Part shown: positions 59,071 to 64,000 of the stretch, piece after piece
Position numbering within the stretch: the stretch's first letter is position 1
How the letters are laid out: the number at the start of each line of letters is the position of its first letter
Virus record (IMG/VR): IMGVR_UViG_3300032334_001950
Span: 8,254 to 72,253 of that record
From: a virus
Direction: 5' to 3' (one strand)
DNA length: 64,000 nt
Translations under genes and position numbers: made by a program
Notes under the pieces: generated by a model
What the model was told of the DNA's origin: nothing
Seen by the model: the letters and a program-made list of their open reading frames with translations, nothing else
The model's database searches: none

Positions 59071-62028
59071 GTGCCGGCAACTTCGTTCCAACACATGTTC
59101 CCGGATGGGAGCAATCGCTTTTATAACCCTCTTCCGATTGCCCCTAGCGAAACGCTTAATGATCCTGTTGGAAAGTTGCGTGTTTCAAATCCGCAAGCAC
59201 TGATCGATACGGACTTTGAGTATAGCACCCAGTCAACCAAGTGGGAAACACTAAATCTGCTTAACAACAGGCCAAGTGCTTTCTACGACGTTACTGCACC
59301 GCTTACTATTACCGATGTAACCACTGCCGGAACACGTGTTGTTACCGTTGTTACCACTTCCCCACCGGCGGTAGGCACTCCTGTTTTTATTCAGAACACC
59401 ACTAACCCCTTGGCAAATGGTTGGTTCCTTGTAAACACCGTAAGTGCCGGGACAAACTTTACTTATGTAGCAACTAATATAATTCCTGCTTCCCCTGGTT
59501 CCATTTATGACAGCACTAAAACTTATGTTTTTAGCGGCAGTTTTTATACGGGGTCAGGTATTCCGGTAGCTACTGGATCCGGTGCAGCATTTACAAACTC
59601 AGGTACTACAGTTACGGGCACTACTACTAATGCCCATGGTTTGACCGTAGGCGATGCGATTTACGTCGTTGGGACAACTGCTACGACCAACCCGCCCAAC
59701 GGTTCTTGGATTGTGCAGACAACTCCCACCAGCAATACTTTTACATTTGTAGTAATTAATACTCCCACTGGCGCCAACATTACTGCTGCGGGTGGTGCAA
59801 CGGCTACCCTCTATCCTCGTCCTTACGGTAGCGCTGTTCACCGTTCCTTTGATGGAGGTGTTGCTTTTTCGGCGGGTTACCCCTATACAGGTAATCAGTT
59901 GATTCGCCAAACTCGTCGTTACTTCCGTTACCAATCAGGTAAAGGAATGCAATTCAGCACGGGTACATGTTTAAAGCCGGCATTTAACGTTGATAGCATT
60001 ACCTCTTCAGGTACAACGGTTACTGTTAATCTTAAAAATCCTCACTATTTAAACGGTAATTTTGCGGCAAACACCGGTATTGCAGTAAGCGCTTCTGCTG
60101 GTGTAGCCTTTACCAATGATGCTGCATTTAACAACGGTTTAACCATAACCTGTAATACGACCAACAACCATGGATTTGTTGTTGGAGATACTATTTTTGT
60201 TACCGGCACCACTTCAACAACCAATCCCCCCAATGGTACTTGGGTAATCAAAACCATCGTAAGTGCGACTTCATTCCAATTCAACGTTACCAGTGCGCCT
60301 ACCGGGGCTATTACAGCAGCAGCAGGCGCTACTTCAACGCTGTATCCACAACCAGGTGGGCCTTATGTCGTTGTTTCCGGTTGTAACGAGTCTGCTTATA
60401 ACGGCACATTTTTGGTGCAAACTGTAACAACTGATTTAAGCTTTACCTATACCGCCGCATCTACTCCAAGTGCAGCGACTGCCACAGGTTTCCCAATCAA
60501 TGTAAATCCTGCTAGCTGGTACGGCGCCAAAAACCGTATTGGCTTATTTGATGAGCAAAACGGATTTTTCTTTGAATTTGACGGTCAAACCTTATATGCC
60601 GTTAAACGCAGTTCTACTGCGCAAATTTCAGGCACAATTGCTGTCAATTCTGGCAGTTCCTCTGTAACGGGAACAAGCACACTATTTTCGCAACAATTAA
60701 TCCCTGGAGATTACATTGTAATTCGCGGCATGACATATGTTGTGCAATCAATTACAAGTGATACCGCTTTAGTTATCTACCCAGAATACCGTTCAACCAC
60801 TAACGTTTCAAACTGTGTAACTAGCAAAAGAATTGAGGAGCGTTACCCGCAGTCTCAGTGGAATATTGATCGTTGTGATGGCGGTGGTTCCACAGGGTTC
60901 AACCTAGATCTGACCAAGATGCAGATGCTTTATATCGATTACGCTTGGTACGGTGCGGGTGCTATTCGATTTGGTTTTAAAGATCAAAAGGGTGAGATTA
61001 TTTATTGTCACCGGATTCCCAATAGCAACCGCAATACGGAAGCTTACATGCGGTCGGGTAATATTTGTTCCCGATATGAAGCCAACACATTTGTACCTAT
61101 TACCACACTGGCGGCTACCCTTTCTAGTGCGGAAGTTAACACGCTAACCGTAGCAAGCACAGCGGGATTCCCTCAATCCGGTACCCTTGCTGTTACAGCC
61201 TCAGGTAATACTGGTGCTGCAATTGAGTATATTCGTTACAACAGCAAAACTTCAACAACTTTTACAGGATTGAAACGGGCAATTGTTGACATCAGTGGCC
61301 CAGGTAATTTAACAGGTGGGGGCGGTAACTCCTCTGCGCAAACATTTACATATAGCGCAACGGCTCCTATTCAAGTCTCTGCGTTTGCGGTGCAAACGGC
61401 TGCAACTCTGTCCCACTGGGGTTCCGCCGTGATTATGGATGGGCGGTATGACGATGATAAATCGTATATCTTCCAAGCGGGTTTAGGCACGCCTGTTACT
61501 AATATTGCAGCATCAGCAAGTGCTGCACTGTTGAGTATTCGTTTGGCGCCTAGTGTAGATTCTGGTATTACCGGATCTCTTGGTGCCCGCGATCTTATTA
61601 ATCGTATGCAGTTGACTTTGCGGCAAATGGATATTGTTGCGACGGGAGCCGCTGCTATTTTCCGAGTAGAATTAATCCTAAACGGTAAATTGGGGGGCAC
61701 AGGTGCTGGAGCATTTGCTGCTGCAGGTGGCTCAAGTTTGGCACAGGTTGCAACGCACTCTACCTCGGGAGCTACTACCATATCTGGGGGTGAAAGCATC
61801 TTGTCTTTCTTTGTGTACACACCTAATGTTGTTCAGCAAGATTTAATCTTGGTGCGTGACTTAGGGAATAGCATTCTTGGTGGGGGGACAAACACCACTG
61901 TTCCTACCAGTGCAGTCAACTTGTACCCGGACGGTCCAGATGTAGTGACAATTAAAGTAACTAATGTCAGTTCTGTAGCAACAAACTCGCTCCTTGCCCG
62001 TATTTCCTGGACTGAAGCACAAGCATAA
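59071..62028 (+). CDS. large virion structural protein with repeated beta-modules
   Basis: KLRVSNPQALIDTDFEY, RQTRRYFRYQSGK, several HGL.VGD modules. Confidence 0.7.
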   Translation: MPATSFQHMFPDGSNRFYNPLPIAPSETLNDPVGKLRVSNPQALIDTDFEYSTQSTKWETLNLLNNRPSAFYDVTAPLTITDVTTAGTRVVTVVTTSPPAVGTPVFIQNTTNPLANGWFLVNTVSAGTNFTYVATNIIPASPGSIYDSTKTYVFSGSFYTGSGIPVATGSGAAFTNSGTTVTGTTTNAHGLTVGDAIYVVGTTATTNPPNGSWIVQTTPTSNTFTFVVINTPTGANITAAGGATATLYPRPYGSAVHRSFDGGVAFSAGYPYTGNQLIRQTRRYFRYQSGKGMQFSTGTCLKPAFNVDSITSSGTTVTVNLKNPHYLNGNFAANTGIAVSASAGVAFTNDAAFNNGLTITCNTTNNHGFVVGDTIFVTGTTSTTNPPNGTWVIKTIVSATSFQFNVTSAPTGAITAAAGATSTLYPQPGGPYVVVSGCNESAYNGTFLVQTVTTDLSFTYTAASTPSAATATGFPINVNPASWYGAKNRIGLFDEQNGFFFEFDGQTLYAVKRSSTAQISGTIAVNSGSSSVTGTSTLFSQQLIPGDYIVIRGMTYVVQSITSDTALVIYPEYRSTTNVSNCVTSKRIEERYPQSQWNIDRCDGGGSTGFNLDLTKMQMLYIDYAWYGAGAIRFGFKDQKGEIIYCHRIPNSNRNTEAYMRSGNICSRYEANTFVPITTLAATLSSAEVNTLTVASTAGFPQSGTLAVTASGNTGAAIEYIRYNSKTSTTFTGLKRAIVDISGPGNLTGGGGNSSAQTFTYSATAPIQVSAFAVQTAATLSHWGSAVIMDGRYDDDKSYIFQAGLGTPVTNIAASASAALLSIRLAPSVDSGITGSLGARDLINRMQLTLRQMDIVATGAAAIFRVELILNGKLGGTGAGAFAAAGGSSLAQVATHSTSGATTISGGESILSFFVYTPNVVQQDLILVRDLGNSILGGGTNTTVPTSAVNLYPDGPDVVTIKVTNVSSVATNSLLARISWTEAQA

Positions 62029-62030
62029 TC

Positions 62031-62372
62031 ATGTCTGTCCATCCCGCTACTTACGATGATACGATTAGGACGCAAGCCGTCTATGACATGACGTTGCAAT
62101 TTCAAGATAGCAACGGAAATAACATTAATTTAACGGGATGGACGGTTTCAGCTCAAATTTGGAATTTAACCAAAACCTCTCAGTATGCTACATTTTCTGT
62201 TGACAACTCAAATGCAGCAACTGGTATTATTGTTTTAAGCTTAACAACCGCACAAACAAGTTCATTGCCCATTGGCACTGCTTATTACGATGTTTTGTTG
62301 ACTAATTTATCGGGTCGCAAAGAGTATTACTTGAAGGGTACATTTTACATTCAACAAGGTTACTCAACATGA
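62031..62372 (+). CDS. small tail/baseplate Ig-like protein
   Basis: INLTGWTVSAQI...GIIVLSLT..QT..L...YYDVLL. Confidence 0.6.
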   Translation: MSVHPATYDDTIRTQAVYDMTLQFQDSNGNNINLTGWTVSAQIWNLTKTSQYATFSVDNSNAATGIIVLSLTTAQTSSLPIGTAYYDVLLTNLSGRKEYYLKGTFYIQQGYST

Positions 62373-64000
62373 CAGCAGCAATTTACCAAATTGTTGTAAC
62401 AACGACCAATAGTTCTGTCCTTGTTACTGTTAGTAATACGCAAACAGTTAATGTAATTAGCCAAGGTCCACAGGGGCCGACAGGGTTGCAGGGGCTGGCG
62501 GGAGTTGGTGTACCCTCCGGAGGGACAACCGGGCAAGCCCTTGTAAAAAACAGTAACGCTAATTATGATACGATTTGGAGTAATGCTGGATTAGGTACGG
62601 TAACCAATGTTGCCACAGGTACTGGATTAACGGGAGGACCGATTACCTCTACAGGGACTGTTTCTCTTGCTAACACAACGGTCACAGCAGGTAGTTATAC
62701 TTATGGTTCTTTTACGGTTGATTCTCAGGGAAGGCTTACGTCGGCTTCAAGTGGCACGTCCCCTGTAACCTCTGTTAGTGCAACGGCTCCCATATCATCT
62801 ACAGGTGGTACAACACCTACAATCAGCTTGGCGGATACAACGGTCACAGCAGGTAGTTATACTTATGGTTCTTTTACCGTTGATTCTAAGGGGAGAATTA
62901 CGTCGGCTTCAAGTGGTACGGCCCCGGTCACTTCAGTTTCTGGCGTCGCACCAATATCTTCCACGGGGGGCACAACTCCCGCAATCAGCCTTAATAACAC
63001 CACTGTTATAGCTGGAAGTTACACTTACGGCTCATTTACTGTTGACTCTCAAGGAAGGCTTACGGCGGCTTCAAGTAATACGCCTGTAACCAGTTTTAGC
63101 GGGGGAAGCACAGGGTTAACGCCAGCTACGGCAACAACAGGCTCAGTTACTTTATCGGGAACTTTATTGCTAGGCGCAGGCGGCACTGGTGCAACATCGC
63201 AGCAAGCAGCTATTAACGCTTTGGCAGGTGCAGTTACATCTGGCTATTACCTACGTGGTAACGGAGCAAATATTATTTTATCTGCTATTCAAGCAGCGGA
63301 TGTCCCTACTCTTAATCAGAACACAACTGGAAGCGCAGGAAGCGTTGGAAATAGCGTAACTTTCAATAACAGCGGCACAGGTGACGTATCGGGGACAACT
63401 TTTAATGGTTCCATTGCGCAAACAATTTCTTATAACACGTTAGGAGCTTCCCCGCTTGTAGGATCTTCTAGTTTAACCACTACGGGTACAATTACCAGCG
63501 GGATTTGGTCTGCTTCATTTGGTGCTGTATCTGGTGCCAACTTGACAAATATTACTGCTGGAAATTTGTCAGGAACAATACCATCTGTTGTTCTCGGCAA
63601 CTCTTCTTTATATGTTGGGACCACTGCTGTTGCTTTAAATAGAGCCTCCTCAAATTTAGCTTTGACTGGGATTAGCAGCGTTGCTTTGCCTGGTGCCACA
63701 TCAGGAACTGTTACCGTCCAACCTGCGGCAACTGCAGGAACTACAACCATCACACTACCTGCTACAACGGGTACTGTCGTGACGACGGGAGACAGTGGGA
63801 CAGTATCTGCCACAATGCTAGCAAATACTGCAGTTACAGCAGGTAGCTATACAAACACTAATCTTACTGTCGATGCACAAGGCCGAATAACAGCGGCCAG
63901 CAACGGTACCGGTGGAAGTGGCGCCGCCAATTATCAAGAGTTCACCAGCAGCGGCACTTGGACTAAACCCTCAGGTATCACCATGGTTTACGTCGAGTGC
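62369..64000 (+). CDS. tail fibre protein, truncated by window end (absent from ORF track)
   Basis: ATG 62369; short collagen-like GPQGPTGLQG; repeats of TVTAGSYTYGSFTVDSQGRLTSASS; no stop seen before 64000. Confidence 0.8.
   Translation, partial: MTAAIYQIVVTTTNSSVLVTVSNTQTVNVISQGPQGPTGLQGLAGVGVPSGGTTGQALVKNSNANYDTIWSNAGLGTVTNVATGTGLTGGPITSTGTVSLANTTVTAGSYTYGSFTVDSQGRLTSASSGTSPVTSVSATAPISSTGGTTPTISLADTTVTAGSYTYGSFTVDSKGRITSASSGTAPVTSVSGVAPISSTGGTTPAISLNNTTVIAGSYTYGSFTVDSQGRLTAASSNTPVTSFSGGSTGLTPATATTGSVTLSGTLLLGAGGTGATSQQAAINALAGAVTSGYYLRGNGANIILSAIQAADVPTLNQNTTGSAGSVGNSVTFNNSGTGDVSGTTFNGSIAQTISYNTLGASPLVGSSSLTTTGTITSGIWSASFGAVSGANLTNITAGNLSGTIPSVVLGNSSLYVGTTAVALNRASSNLALTGISSVALPGATSGTVTVQPAATAGTTTITLPATTGTVVTTGDSGTVSATMLANTAVTAGSYTNTNLTVDAQGRITAASNGTGGSGAANYQEFTSSGTWTKPSGITMVYVEC

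Noticed and set aside
62670-63075. Direct DNA repeats of about 80 bp in the last gene as a recombination or mobile feature
   Set aside because: They encode ordinary in-frame tail-fibre repeats (TVTAGSYTYGSFTVDS.GR.T.ASS)
1-64000. Prophage status or stop-codon reassignment
   Set aside because: No integrase, att-like junction or host genes were seen; genes are full length under the standard code and TAA, TAG and TGA all end real genes

Overview
About 64 kb of a tailed dsDNA phage genome. A freshwater picocyanobacterial host is inferred from the gene families, -10-only promoters and rare Shine-Dalgarno sites; this is not proven. The left part (421-27972, mostly minus strand) carries replication and nucleotide genes (family A DNA polymerase, SSB, dCMP deaminase, ThyX, Gp157-like), a lysozyme and many small early-type ORFs, interrupted by a few plus-strand genes. 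A divergent non-coding switch region lies at about 28030-28600. The right part (28638-64000, plus strand) carries low-complexity probable virion-internal proteins, terminase, portal, scaffold-like protein, major capsid protein, tail/fibre proteins, an HNH nuclease and Dps. Main observations: (1) a group I intron in the major capsid gene with splice sites readable from the sequence and a LAGLIDADG endonuclease in antisense orientation inside P8; (2) the peptide RMAG eight times in six otherwise unrelated low-complexity proteins, encoded with varied codons, suggesting an undescribed processing or targeting signal; (3) a promoter-driven ~230-nt structured RNA with an initiator-tRNA-like anticodon arm, a possible HDV-like core and a tRNA body lacking a canonical anticodon; (4) an early-gene array punctuated by repeated hairpin plus CCACCTAGCAAGG units; (5) a 560-nt dual-coding portal/scaffold overlap; (6) a Gln-rich protein with 11-residue repeats. 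No integrase, primase/helicase or CRISPR array was seen. All family assignments come from motif recognition by eye, not database searches.
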